64,000 nucleotides of DNA from assembly GCA_002269645.1 (NCBI GenBank), contig NIVC01000153.1, forward strand, positions 62,001 to 126,000, read 5' to 3'. Shown here piece after piece: positions 1-13,600 of the stretch (the stretch's first letter is position 1; every line of letters begins with the position of its first letter). The translations under genes and the position numbers were made by a program. The notes below the pieces were generated by a model that worked only from the letters and a program-made list of their open reading frames with translations, did not search any database and was not told the origin of the DNA. This stretch comes from Macrostomum lignano. Lineage: Eukaryota.

Positions 1-1515
1 TCTGTGAGAGTGACTGTGAGAGTGCTTAGTCAGAGTGACTTGTACAGTGTGAGAGTGCTTAGTCAGAGTGACTTGTACAGTGTGAGAGTGCTTAGTCAGA
101 GTGACTGTGTACAGGGTGAGAGTGCTTAGTCGGAGTGACTGTTTTCAGTGTGAGAATGCTTAGTCAGAGTGACTATTTACAGTGTGAGAGTGCTTAGTCA
201 GAGTGACTGTTTACAGTGTGAGAGTGCTTAGTCAGAGTGACTGTTTACAGTGTGAGAGTGACTAGTCAGAGTGACTGTTTACAGTGTGAGAGTGACTAGT
301 CAGAGTAACTATTTACAGTGTGAGAGTGCTTAGTCAGAGTGACTGTACAGTGTGAGAGTGCTTAGTCAGAGTGACTGTTTTCAGTGTGAGAGTGCTTAGT
401 CAGAGTGACTGTGTACAGTGTGAGAGTGCTTAGTCAGAGTGACTGTTTACAGTGTGAGAGTGACTAGTCAGAGTGACTGTTTACAGTGTGAGAGTGCTTA
501 GTCAGAGTGACTGTTTACAGTGTGAGAGTGACTAGTCAGAGTGACTGTTTACAGTGTGAGAGTGCTTAGTCAGAGTGACTGTTTACAGTGTGAGAGTGAC
601 TAGTCAGAGTGACTGTTTACAGTATGAGAGTGACTAGTCAGAGTGACTGTTTACAGTGTGAGAGTGACTAGTCAGAGTGACTGTTTACAGTATGAGAGTG
701 ACTAGTCAGAGTGACTGTTTACAGTGTGAGAGTGCTTAGTCAGAGTGACTGTTTACAGTGTGAGAGTGCTTAGTCAGAGTGACTGTTTACAGTGTGAGAG
801 TGCTTAGTCAGAGTGACTGTTTACAGTGTGAGAGTGACTAGTCAGAGTGACTGTTTACAGTGTGAGAGTGACTAGTCAGAGTAACTATTTACAGTGTGAG
901 AGTGCTTAGTCAGAGTGACTGTACAGTGTGAGAGTGCTTAGTCAGAGTGACTGTTTTCAGTGTGAGAGTGCTTAGTCAGAGTGACTGTGTACAGTGTGAG
1001 AATGCTTAGTCGGAGTGACTGTTTACAGTGTGAGAGTGCTTAGTCGGAGTGACTGTTTACAGTTTGAGAGTGACTAGTCAGAGTGACTGTTTACAGTGTG
1101 AGAGTGCTTAGTCAGAGTGACTGTTTACAGTGTGAGAGTGACTAGTCAGAGTGACTGTTTACAGTGTGAGAGTGACTAGTCAGAGTGACTGTTTACAGTG
1201 TGAGAGTGACTAGTCAGAGTGACTGTTTACAGTGTGAGAGTGACTAGTCAGAGTGACTGTTTACAGTGTGAGAGTGCTTAGTCGGAGTGACTGTTTACAG
1301 TGTGAGAGTGACTAGTCAGAGTGACTGTTTACAGTGTGAGAGTGACTAGTCAGAGTGACTGTTTACAGTGTGAGAGTGCTTAGTCGGAGTGACTGTTTAC
1401 AGTTTGAGAGTGACTAGTCAGAGTGACTGTTTACAGTGTGAGAGTGCTTAGTCGGAGTGACTGTGTACAGTGTGAGAGTGACTAGTCAGAGTGACTGTGT
1501 ACAGTGTGAGAGTGC
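1..1515. repeat. Minisatellite, 34-bp unit AGTGTGAGAGTGCTTAGTCAGAGTGACTGTTTAC (runs off the window start)
   Basis: Unit read directly; near-perfect tandem copies with GCTTAG/GACTAG variants. Confidence 0.97.
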
Positions 1516-2295
1516 ACTTTTGCAGTCTAGTAAACCTAAGCTATCCTTGATGCGTAATCAAAATTGATGGATTTGAAATGCAAAATAGCTCATATTTATC
1601 AGTTATTCCTCACTCAAGTCACTGCCAAAAAGAATTGCTTACATGGCTTGTCGTTTAAGTAGCTAAAATGAAGATTTCGTGACGCAAATATTTTTAAAAT
1701 TATACTTTGCATGTAAATCTTTGACCATTGTTACACGTTTTGCTTTGTTAACTAATTATTGCTTACAATCATATCATATGCAACAATTTTATGATGGACT
1801 CCATTTGCCCAAAACCTTCTTGTAGCGCAGTTATATCATAAATACACCATCATCAATATGAATACTTCATGAGTTTCAAATTCAATGAGTTTGATCTTTA
1901 TCAATTCGGTTTTTTGTTGCCTTTTTTGGTGATTATTTTGCTTTCTAGTTGTTGGGGTATTCACTTTTTTTCAGATTATTACTATGATAAAAAAGATCAA
2001 TAAAAGTAGGCGAAATTTTTGGAAACATATTCCGGAATTCATACTGCTCACAGGTGACTTTTTAGTAGTTAAATTAGCACAAAAATACGACCTATAGATT
2101 ATTTATATAAACCACGAACCAGCAAAATGGAGCAATAAAAATGCATGTCAAGACTCAGAAGCCGCTTTGGGCTGAGTTCAGAGTGTCATTCTTGCTTTTA
2201 TTTTAGTCAGAACTTCCGGAATTCCACAGCCAATAGACCTGTATGGGTCCTCCAATCATTTAGTCGGTTCATCTGGATTTCAAGTTTAAATTTAA

Positions 2296-3790
2296 AGTTG
2301 GGAAGCTTCGAAATTGTGAAGCTTGGGGGTTGTGAAGCTTGGGGGTTGTGAAGCTTGGGGTTGTGAAGCTTGGGGGTTGTGAAACTTGGCGGTTGTGAAG
2401 CTTGGGGGTTGTGAAGCTTGGGGTTGTGAAGCTTGGGGGTTGTGAAGCTTGGGGGTTGTGAAGCTTGGGGGTTGTGAAGCTTGGGGATTGTGAAGCTTGG
2501 GGTTGTGAAGCTTGGGGGTTGTGAAGCTTGGGGGTTGTGAAGCTTGGGGGTTGTGAAGCTTGGGGGTTGTGAAGCTTGGGGGTTGTGAAGCTTGGGGGTT
2601 GTGAAGCTTGGGGGTTGTGAAGCTTGGGGTTGTGAAGCTTGGGGGTTGTGAAGCTTGGGGGTTGTGAAGCTTGGGGGTTGTGAAGCTTGGGGTTGTGAAG
2701 CTTGGGGGTTGTGAAGCTTGGGGGTAGTGAAGCTTGGGGATTGTGAAGCTTGGGGGTTGTGAAGCTTGGGGGTTGTGAAGCTTGGGGGTTGTGAAGCTTG
2801 GGGGTTGTGAAGCTTGGGGGTTGTGAAGCTTGGGGATTGTGAAGCTTGGGGGTTGTGAAGCTTGGGGGTTGTGAAGCTTGGGGGTTGTGAAGCTTGGGGA
2901 TTGTGAAGCTTGGGGGTTGTGAAGCTTGGGGGTTGTGAAGCTTGGGGGTTGTGAAGCTTGGGGGTTGTGAAGCTTGGGGGTTGTGAAGCTTGGGGGTTGT
3001 GAAGCTTGGGGGTTGTGAAGCTTGGGGATTGTGAAGCTTGGGGTTGTGAAGCTTGGGGTTGTGAAGCTTGGGGGTTGTGAAGCTTGGGGGTTGTGAAGCT
3101 TGGGGGTTGTGAAGCTTGGGGGTTGTGAAGCTTGGGGATTGTGAAGCTTAGGGATTGTGAAGCTTGGATGTTGTGAAGCTTCGGGGTTGTGAAGCTTGGA
3201 TGTTGTGAAGCTTCGGGGTTGTGAAGCTTGGGGGTTGTGAAGCTTGGGGGTTATGAAGCTTGGGGTTGTGAAGCTTGGGGGTTGTGAAGCTTGGGGGTTG
3301 TGAAGCTTGGGGGTTGTGAAGCTTGGGGTTGTGAAGCTTGGGGGTTGTGAAGCTTGGGGGTTGTGAAGCTTGGATGTTGTGAAGCTTGGATATTGTGAAG
3401 CTTGGGGGTTGTGAAGCTTGGGGGTTGTGAAGCTTGGGGTTGTGAAGCTTGGGGCTGTGAAGCTTGGGGTTATGAAGCTTCGGGGTTGTGAAGCTTGGGG
3501 ATTGTGAAGCTTCGGGGTTGTGAAGCTTGGATGTTGTGAAGCTTCGGGGTTGTGAAGCTTGGGGGTTGTGAAGCTTGGGGTTGTGAAGCTTGGGGTTGTG
3601 AAGCTTGGGGGTTGTGAAGCTTGGGGGTTGTGAAGCTTGGGGGTTGTGAAGCTTGGGGGTTGTGAAGCTTGGGGGTTGTGAAGCTTGGGGGTTGTGAAGC
3701 TTGGGGGTTGTGAAGCATGGGGGTTGTGAAGCTTGGGGGTTGTGAAGCTTCGGGATTGTGAGGCTTCGGGATTGTGAAGCTTGGGATTGA
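2296..3790. repeat. Minisatellite, 15/16-bp unit TTGTGAAGCTTGGGG(G)
   Basis: Tandem copies, each with AAGCTT; explains the repetitive 507-aa ORF 2292..3815. Confidence 0.97.
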
Positions 3791-4489
3791 TGAGGTTTTG
3801 AGTCAGCTCAGCCATCAGGAATGCTGAAAATATTTGATCCAGTTTCAGCTTCTCTATTCAGAAGAGAGAGTTGAACATCGCATGCCCGCGCGCTGCAGAT
3901 GGGAGGAAATGTGAAAAGGGTATTGAAATCGCGGAGACATGGGAAGCCTGTTGCGCAATCAGGGCAGTGATCCGGGTTGAAGATGAGGTGGTTGGTGGGG
4001 GGGGGGCGCCACATGCAGGAGCCATGCACAGTTTACAATGTGATAAATCTATTTGTGACCGCAGACAGGGCAGGCACCGATTTTTAAAAGAGCCGAAAAT
4101 CTGCGGGTGCCCCGTGTTTGATTGGCGCTATGAATGGGTTTGCAACACTGTTGCATCACCGTATTATATATATATTATACTATAGCAATCGGATTGACTG
4201 ATTTTGATGAGCTGCTGGTTTGACTTTTACAGCACATTGTCAAAGTGATCGTTCGGTCCGGCGAGCTCAAATGCGAGACACACACAATGCCTTCATATTG
4301 GGCATTTCTAGACAAGATTGAGTGCGAGAACCATGAGGTTATTTATGTAAAAGTCGCGTGTTCCAAAGCCAGCCACCGTCAGTCACGCACTAATAATTAT
4401 ATAGCTGCAAAATTATTAGTATTAATATGGTAGGTAAGTCTAAGTGCCTAAGTGCCTTCTAAGTTTCAAAAGTTCCTATAATTAGGTGC

Positions 4490-4775
4490 CAAAAATTCCT
4501 TCCAGTGGTGCTAGAAGTTCCTTCCAGTTCCAGTGGCATCAGAAGTTCCTTCCAGTGGCGCCAGAAGTTCCTTCCTATGGCGCTAGGAGTTCCTTCCAGT
4601 GGCGTCAGAAGTTCCTTACAGTGGCGCTAGGAGTTTCTTCCAGTGGCGCCAGAAGTTCCTTACAGTGGCGCCAGAAGTTTCTTCCAGTGGCGCCAGAAGT
4701 TCCTTACAGTGGCGCCAGAAGTTACTTACAGTGGCGCCAGAAGTTCCTTACAGTGGCGCCAGAAGTTCCTTACGG
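4490..4775. repeat. Minisatellite, 22-bp unit CAGTGGCGCCAGAAGTTCCTTA
   Basis: Tandem copies visible; explains ORFs 4486..4875 and 4599..4784. Confidence 0.9.
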
Positions 4776-5554
4776 TGGCGATGACAAGAAAACCAGTGGC
4801 GCCATGAATTTCTTCCATTTTACAATTTTTTCAAAGTTTTTAGTTCTCGGTTTTTCTGCAAAGAAGAGAAAATGAATAAAAACAAAAATGCTAGTTTCCT
4901 CGCATACTCTAATCTTTCCCGCATCTCCGAGGCTCCAAGAGTCTGCACTCCGCGGCTGGGGGAACTCGCGAATGAGCAACTAGCGCCAGCACCGCTATAA
5001 ACTGCTCGCACGACGGCTCCCTGATTGAAGCACGCCGCTCGCTGTCTCTGTCCAGACGAGGACTTGTTTGGACAGAGAGTTGCCGCCATGCCAGCTAAGA
5101 GGCGAGACTGCCTGTCTCCGCATGGGCAGGGATTTCTTGCTAATAATGCCCCCTCCCCCAAGGGAGGTTGAGACAGTCGCAGACTCCCGTGTTTGTGGTG
5201 GCGGTTCTGGAAAAACATGCCGGGGCAGTTTTTGCCGGACATGGGGGATATACGAGCTATAGCTGCTGGTACCTGAGTTTGCCCCCCTCCCCACATTCCC
5301 TTATCTAGCAGTCATTACCTATATTTAGTCGCCAGGGCCCTCCCCATCGAATGTGTTTACTATATAAGAAATGTAAAGCAAGAATAACACAAAATTATTT
5401 GTCAAGCTGCTTGTTTAGCAAAAAGCACGACGCCACATGCAGATGAAAATCTGTCGGCAAAACTTTAAAAAGTTAAATCTCTTAATTTTTTATTTTTGTT
5501 TATCCCAAAAAGATTTTAGACTTTTGTGAAGTTTAAGGTCCATGTCTTGTGTTT

Positions 5555-5975
5555 TAGGTCTAATGAAGTTTAGGTCTAATGAAGTTTAAGTTTAATGAAG
5601 TTTAGGTCAAATGAAGTTTAGGTCTAATGAAGTTTAGGTCTAATGAAGTTTAGGTCTAATGAAGTTTAGGTCTAATGAAGTTTAGGTCTAATGAAGTTTA
5701 GGTCTAATGAAGTTTAGGTCTAATGAAGTTTAGGTCTTATAGTAAGTTTATGTCTAATGAAGTTTATGTCTAATGAAGTTTAGGTCTAATGAAGTTTAGG
5801 TCTTATAATAAGTTTATGTCTAATGAAGTTTAGGTCTAATGAAGTTTAGGTCTTATAGTAAGTTTATGTCTAATGAAGTTTATGTCTAATGAAGTTTAGG
5901 TCTAATGAAGTTTAGTTCTTGTGAAGTTTAAGTGTAATGAAGTTTAGGTCTTATAATAAGTTTATGTCTTGTGAA
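5555..5975. repeat. Minisatellite, 16-bp unit TCTAATGAAGTTTAGG
   Basis: Tandem copies visible. Confidence 0.93.
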
Positions 5976-6464
5976 ATTTTTGTGTTGTGAAGTTGGTGCG
6001 GTAATGAGTGAAGCGATATGAGGAGTTGTGTTATGAATGTTGCGCGCCATCTTTGAGCGCCCCTTGATACTCCAGCTCCAGATGCCACTTCATATCTAGT
6101 ACTCCCTGCCGAGCAAGCGCTGTCTCGAGCCAGACAGTTCCATGATGCCCAACCCCAGAAACTCGAAACTTAGCCGCTGCAGACTGGCGTCGATGCGACG
6201 TGCAGAAAACTCAGACAGTTGAGCATGCCGCGACCCCCCCCCCCAACTGCCCGCATAGAAACTTCTTGCCGTGTTAGTTTTGTTATAATTTCGAGTATTA
6301 TTGTGTCTTGCTTGTTGTCTGAATCCGTTCGGTCAGTTTTTTTAAACTAAAACTCGAGCTTCCGTTTCGAGTCCGAAGTCTGGACGGGTCATTAATAATT
6401 CATGCTATTGTGGCGTTGGAATGTTCCTTCACTGGAATTGCCCAACTTTTCTGCTGTCTCTACT

Positions 6465-7060
6465 CCTTCACTGAGAATCTCCGCTCCTTCACTGAGGATC
6501 TCCGCTTCTTCACTGAGGATCTCCGCTTTTTCACTGAGGATCTCCGCTCCCTCACTGAGGATCTCCGCTCCTTCACTGAGGATCTCCGCTCCCTCACTGA
6601 GGATCTCCGCTCCTTCACTGAGGATCTCCGCTCCTTCACTGAGGATCTCCGTTCCTTCACTGAGGATCTCCGCCATTTCATTGAGGATCTCCGCTCCCTC
6701 ACTGAGGATCTCCGCTCCTTCACTGAGGATCTCCGCTCCCTCACTGAGAATCTCCGCCATTTCATTGAGGATCTCCGCTCCCTCACTGAGAATCTCCGCC
6801 ATTTCATTGAGGATCTCCGCTCCCTCACTGAGGATCTCCGCTCCTTCACTGAGGATCTCCGCTCCCTCACTGAGAATCTCCGCCATTTCATTGAGGATCT
6901 CCGCTCCCTCACTGAGGATCTCCGCTCCTTCACTGAGGACCTCCGCTCCCTCACTGAGGATCTCCGCTCCTTCACTGAGGATCTCCGCTCCCTCACTGGG
7001 GATCTCCGCTCCCGCACTGAGGATCTCCGCTCCTTCACTGGGGATTTCCGCTCCCTCACC
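6465..7060. repeat. Minisatellite, 21-bp unit CACTGAGGATCTCCGCTCCTT
   Basis: Stop-free in several frames (TEDLRSF / AEILSEG / LRISAPS), giving four overlapping ORFs on both strands. Confidence 0.95.
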
Positions 7061-7759
7061 CAGGAAAACTTTAGGAAGGAAGCTAAAGGGAATTTAAAAG
7101 AAACCAAAAACAGTTTTTTATTTGCCAGCGTAGGTGACTCCGCACAGAATTAGCAATTCAGATGGCAGACTGCAGACTTTTCTGTCTGACTTGAAGAGTA
7201 TAAGAAGTTATGACGGGAACTGAAAACATTGGGATAATTCCGTTCTCGTGAAATCGTTTGGCGACACGAATTGTCTGCCGAATCGGATTATTTATTTATC
7301 CAGGACTATATGATTATTATTAGTAACTGAAACTCCAATAGGTTGCTTTTTAGTCTGCTTTAAAATCACCTGCCCCAACTTTCGGTATTAACAGGCACAC
7401 GGTGAATCCAGGATATCATAAACACTGATATGCCAGCTTTCACGCCGGAGCTGCAGTATGTAGACAAACTGTCCAAAATGTAACACAGATAGACAACATT
7501 TCAACATATTTATAGTTATTTTGCATAAGTGTTTTTTGCTGTTTCCAAGTGAAAGTTTGCTAGACTGGCTCAAACCACTGGGGATGGGTGCGCCATGTCC
7601 TTGATTCGAATTTACTAATAATGCTAATGCATTTAGCTCGAGCTCGTGTTCATGCCGACTGTAAATTGCATTTATATATAAAATTTGGCAAGTACTTTTG
7701 CACCTAAATGCATTTATTCAATTTTGAAATCAGTTTTTCCTGAGATTTTGAGAATTCGG

Positions 7760-8230
7760 GAAGTTTTTTGGGAATGAGGATTGGGAAGTTTTGGGGATTG
7801 GGAAGTTTCGGGGATTGGGAAGTTTTGGGGATTGGGAAGTTTCGGGGATTGGGAAGTTTTGGGGATTGGGAAGTTTCGGGGATTGGGAAGTTTCGGGGAT
7901 TGGGAAGTTTTGGGGATTGGGAAGTTTTGGGGATTGGGAAGTTTTGGGGATTGGGAAGTTTCGGGGATTGGGAAGTTTCGAGGAGTGGGAATTCTTGAAG
8001 ATTGGGAATTCTTGAGGATTGGGAATTCTTGAGGATTGGGAATTCTTGAGGATTGGGAATTCCTGAGGATTGGGAATTCCTGAGGATTGGGAATTCCTGA
8101 GGATTGGGAATTCTTGAGGATTGGGAATTCCTGAGGATTGGGAATTCTTGAGGATTGGGAATTCTTGAGGACTGGGAATTCTTGAGGATTGGGAAGTTTT
8201 TGGTATTAAGAAGTTTTGGGGATTGGGAAG
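7760..8230. repeat. Minisatellite, about 17-bp units GATTGGGAAGTTTTGGG grading into GATTGGGAATTCTTGAG
   Basis: Two related unit types in adjacent blocks. Confidence 0.92.
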
Positions 8231-10656
8231 TTTAGACATTAGAAAGCGCTGACGTGAAATACGAACTATATTGATCCGAATAAATTTCATATAGTTTTAA
8301 TTACTTTTTTGACCTTTTATAATATTTCTACTCTTATTCTTCGGTTTCGAAGTCGGTTTTGTTTTATTGTTACGATTGCCGCAAATAATATTCGTTCTCC
8401 TACTATCAGCGGTTCCCACGCCAGCGAAAGGTGCTGCTGCAGCCTCCCACGTGCTTCCACGTGGACGTGGGAATCAACTGTAAGGAAAAAGATATTGGGA
8501 AAGGGAAAAATGCCCAGCCTTAAGTCTGCACCCGTTGGCGCTGAACAGGCAAGACATAACTATAGTTAAAATAGTATAAAATACGGGAAAATGGGCAGCT
8601 GAAAAATGGCGTACAAGTGTGTTTGGGCAGTAATAATCCCAATAGCGTGAGCAAAACCAGCCCACCCCAATTCCCAGCCATGCCGGGATGGGGTGGGGGA
8701 GAGTTAGGGAAAGGGAATTGATTTCAGCTGCCCCGCTGTCCCGCCTCGGGGAGGATCTGTTGAATGAATCCCCATCTAGCGCGGTCTCTGCTCAGTGCGG
8801 GTGGCAGGCAGGCAGGCACTGGCCCCCTTATTTTACGACCTAATAACATAACTCATAGTTGGGCTAAGTTGGAAAGAATGACAAAATCCTTTTTGTCACA
8901 ATTGCAATTCGAATGCACCTGTATCCTCAATACAGTGTTCTTGCGGCTGCAAGCGCTGTGACAATTTCACGAAATAGGGGGCGGAAGTTGCCTACGGCAA
9001 TGGGGGTTGACCCATCTAGATTAGGACCTCCCAGGACAGAATAGACATCTCTCTTGTGGTGCCGAAATAGCGCTAAAACCTCGACTGCGGGGCCAACTCA
9101 AATCTCATGACATTGATATCTCATGACCAGGTCATTGGAGAATTTATCCAGATTTGTAAATCTAGTTAATATCTAGAATTCTATGGACATCGGTTGACAA
9201 ACTTTTTTACCTTTATCACCAGATAAAGAATTCAGCTCACGACTGCGGGGCCTAGGAGTGGAAAGGAGAGAGAATAAAAGATGAGAGATGAGAGAAGAGG
9301 GGAGAGAGAAGAGGGGAGAGAGAAGAGGCGAGACAAGAGAGAAGAGAGAAGAGAGCTGAGAAGAGACAGACATTGAGCGGGCCGGATTGCGATTGTAAAG
9401 TTTCAAAGAACCCGAGGGCTGGATTTGGCTGATACCTACTGATTCATGTAGATGCTTCATCTTTACTACTTTTAGTATGCAGAGACAATTTTGACAAAAG
9501 CAATTCACTATTGCATAATCAATCTATTTATTCTGATTTTTGTGGGATCCAAGGGGTGCAACACAACCCAAAATTTTTTTCAAATAATGTTCGGAACTTT
9601 TTATTTACTTATATTATATCATTTCAAGGAGTTTACATGTACCCCAAGAAATACTGGCTCCGCCACTGACTTATTTTGATTTACATCCAGCAAAAAAACT
9701 TTTAAAATATGTGGTTACAATGATAAAACTGTAATTTCAGAATATGCGAGGGTACATGTATAATTTAAAATCAAAGTCAAACGATTGACCAAACGATTTA
9801 TACGTTGATATATAGTTTGAAAGTTGTACGGACGAAATATTTTAAGCAAAATAATAGTTCGGAAAAGTCCGCTAAGGCCAAAAATGAATAGAATCTGATA
9901 AATATTTTATGTGCAGATTTACAAAAATATGCCCCGATAATGGTATTGAAAAGAACTTTTAATGCTTATAAAATATTTAAAAAATATTGTTCTTGGAACC
10001 CGGAAAATTGCAAGCCTCAGTATAACCATTTTGGAATATTGATAAGTATTACAAGAGCACAAACTAAAGTAAAGTGCATAATAACCTAAATTTTCTACTG
10101 ACAGAATCAATTTTACAGTAGAGCAAAAATCAATCCGTATTGGAAATCCATAAAACTTATTTTTAAATTGAACGAACATGTATTTCGAATTTTTGAAATT
10201 TATCACATTTATTTTATTGCTTCAAAGGAAAAAATGTGAAGCTTTTTTAAATCAAAAAAGTTTCATCAAAATATAATCATATCATATCAACTTCGGTAAA
10301 AAACGAAAAGTGTAAATGTAAGTAAAAATACAAGAGAGCTAGAGTTTTTTGCTAACAAATTTTGATTGATCTGTCCTTAATTTTGCACAAAACTTAAATT
10401 TTTTTGACTAAAAATTTAGGCATAGAATGTTTTAATTCTTCTAAAAATAGCTTTAGTAAAGCCTGAAAACATAGTAATCCATAGAAATAAAATAAAATCC
10501 AAAGGTTTTACTTTTTTATATTGTTATATGTAATGGTAAAGTTGAACTTATATAATATTATCGTTTAAAACGTAACTGCGCTATTTTTATTAGCTGCTGC
10601 AGTATATCGATCGCCGAAAAATCAGCTTTGACTGACTGAGCTACTGAACTATAGCC

Positions 10657-13600
10657 ATGTCGGAAGAATCGTAAGTCGGTCATTCGAATAAATACATTTA
10701 AAATAGTTTTTGTACACGCTAATCTGGCCCTCGTATCACAAAATTTCAGTGTGAAAGTAGCAGTCAGAGTTCGGCCATTCAACCAGAGAGAGAAGGACCG
10801 TCAGGCTAAACTCATCATTCAAATGCAGGACAAAAATACAGCTATAACTAACCCTGACAGTGAGTTAATTTTTTATCCAGTATTTTATCTCTTTGGGGCT
10901 GTATGATATTAGCTGTCATAATATCACTATTCCTTCCCTGGCATCTCACTTCGCTCCCTGACATCTCACTTCCTTCCCTGACATCTCACTTCGTTCCCTG
11001 ATATCTCACTTCGTTCCCTGACATCTCACTTCGTTACCTGACATCTCACTTTCTTCCCTGACATCTCGATTCCTTCCCTGACATCTCACTTCCTTTCTGA
11101 CATCTCGATTCCTTCCCTGACATCTCACTTCCTTTCTGACATCTCTTTTTCTTCCCTGACATCTCACTTCGTTCCCTGATATCTCACTTCGTTACCTGAC
11201 ATCTCACTTTCTTCCCTGACATCTCGATTCCTTCCCTGACATCTCACTTCGTTACCTGACATCTCACTTCCTTTCTGACATCTCTCTTTCTTCCCTGACA
11301 TCTCACTTCCTTTCTGACATCTCTCTTTCTTCCCTGACATCTCACTTCGTTACCTGATATCTCACTTTCTTCCCTGACATCTCGATTCCTTCCCTGACAT
11401 CTCACTTCCTTTCTGACATCTCTCTTTCTTCCCTGACATCTCACTTCCTTTCTGACATCTCGATTCCTTCCCTGACATCTCATTTCCTTTCTGACATCTC
11501 TCTTTCTTCCCTGACATCTCACTTCCTTTCTGACATCTCTCTTTCTTCCCTGACATCTCACTTCGTTCCCTGACATCTCACTTCCTTCACTGATATCTCA
11601 ATTTCTTCCCTGACATCTCACTTCGTTCCCTGACATCTCACTTCCTTCACTGATATCTCAATTTCTTCCCTGACATCTCACTTCGTTCCCTGACATCTCA
11701 CTTTGTTCCTTGACATATCGATTCCTTCTCTGACATCTCACTTCCTTCACTGACATCTCGATTTCTTCCCTGACATCTCGATTCATTCCCTGACATCTCA
11801 CTTCGTTCCCTGACATCTCGATTCCTTCCTTGACATCTTACTTCGTTCCTTGACATCTCGATTCCTTCCCTGACATCTCACTTCGTTCCCTGACATCTCA
11901 CTTCGTTCCTTGACATATCGATTCCATCTCTGACATCTCACTTCCTTCACTGACATCTCAATTTCTTCCCTGACATCTCGATTCATTCCCTGACATCTCA
12001 CTTCGTTCCCTGACATCTCGATTCCTTCCTTGACATCTTACTTCGTTCCTTGACATCTCGATTCCTTCCCTGACATCTCACTTCGTTCTCTGACATATTC
12101 GATTTCTGCCCTGACATTGTACTTCTATTCCTGACATCTCGCTTTCATTCCTGACGTTTCACTTTTTATGTCAGACATATATCAGTCATGCAGTTTCGCT
12201 AGAAATAGCCATATGTAAGTGGCAGCAGTTTAATAAAGTACCAAAATAAAAAAATTATAACAAAACGAATCCCAAATATTTCAGATCCTTCAGACGTCAA
12301 GACGTTCGCATTCGACTATTCCTACTGGTTAGTGCACTAAATCGAAGTCTTCACGGCTGAAATTCTGCAGTAATTGTCCTGACAACCTGTACTTTTTTAG
12401 GTCGCATGACGGATTCGAAGAGAGGCCGGACGGAGTGCTCGAGCCGCAGTCGGCCAGCTCGAACTACGCCAGCCAGAAGCGAGTGTTTGGCGACCTAGGC
12501 CAGGGCGTCCTTAACAACGCCTTCCTTGGCTACAATTGCTCCCTGTTCGCCTACGGACAGACTGGCGCGGGAAAATCGTATTCGATGGTTGGCTACGGCA
12601 GCAACAGGTTTATTCATGTTGCTATATGAATATGGGGTTGGCTAATGGGGTTGGCTAATGGTGGTGTCTAATAGGTTGGCTAATGGAGAATAGCTAATAG
12701 ATTTTAGGGTAAGCTAATAGAGGGTAGCTAATAGAGAGTAGCTAATAGATTTTAGGTTTAGCTAATACATTGCATCTGTGGTGATGGGGCTCAAGGGCTC
12801 GGTCCTTTCGTGCCCTTTTCCCAGACCCGGGTTCGCGTACTGACCCTGGCTGCGGTCCTCCACTGACACGCGTACGACGCGGTGTCCGTCGGGACTAGGC
12901 TGCTCGAGCGTACGACGCATGACAGCCTACAGACTCGCGTACGACGCAGAGCTGCTTGGGGTGGGACCGGCGTACGACGCACTTAATCCCCCTAAGGTGC
13001 CTAGTACAGAGGCAGACCCAAATGACTTGCAAATTGGAAGGCTTACCAGCCGCGATTTTGGTCGTACAACAAGACACAGCGCCGTCAGAGCAGTGGTAGT
13101 ATTGATCGGTATTCTTTTAGTTGTATTTGTATCGCAATTAACGCTGGCACTATCACCGGGGAGCCACGAAGAAGACGAGAATGGGGTCTCAAGGGGGTCC
13201 GAATAAATAGGCAGCAAACTGGGGGTTGAGGGCGCGGGATAAAGGCAGAAAAGGGAGCTTAGACATCAGCATAGGAAAAACATGAGCCGTACCAGCCAAT
13301 CGCCGGGGCGCAGCACGGCAGACTGGGACTGGCAGCCAATCACAAACAGGGGCGGGGCAGCAAAGCTAACAAAAGAATGGGGCGGGGTCGCACGGGGCGC
13401 ACACAGAGCAAGGGGGGTTTGACTAAACGGAAAAGGCCTAGGCAGGGAGGGGGGGTACGCACGCGCAGAAGTGCAGGTGGGTGAGTCACAAAATCTGAGG
13501 ATGGGGAGAGGACGGCCGACTGGCCCGGCGTAGCAAAGTAGCAAAGTACACACAGTACTAATAATAACACATTCATGACACATCTAATAGAGTGAAATTC

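Noticed and set aside
2292-3815. 507-aa ORF (TTPKLHNPQASQPPSF repeats)
   Set aside because: Translation of a 15/16-bp minisatellite whose unit is not a multiple of 3 and cycles through frames; no gene context.
6392-7153. Four overlapping repetitive ORFs (TEDLRSF, AEILSEG and others)
   Set aside because: A 21-bp tandem repeat open on both strands; no splice or unique coding context.
12870-12980. CRISPR array
   Set aside because: Repeats are only 11 bp, spacers vary from 18 to 27 bp, there are no cas genes and the context is eukaryotic. Kept only as a motif cluster.
12919-13206. 95-aa ORF with a hydrophobic, TM-like stretch
   Set aside because: Intronic, with no splice support; the AYDA repeats fall in different frames upstream, and the composition is atypical.
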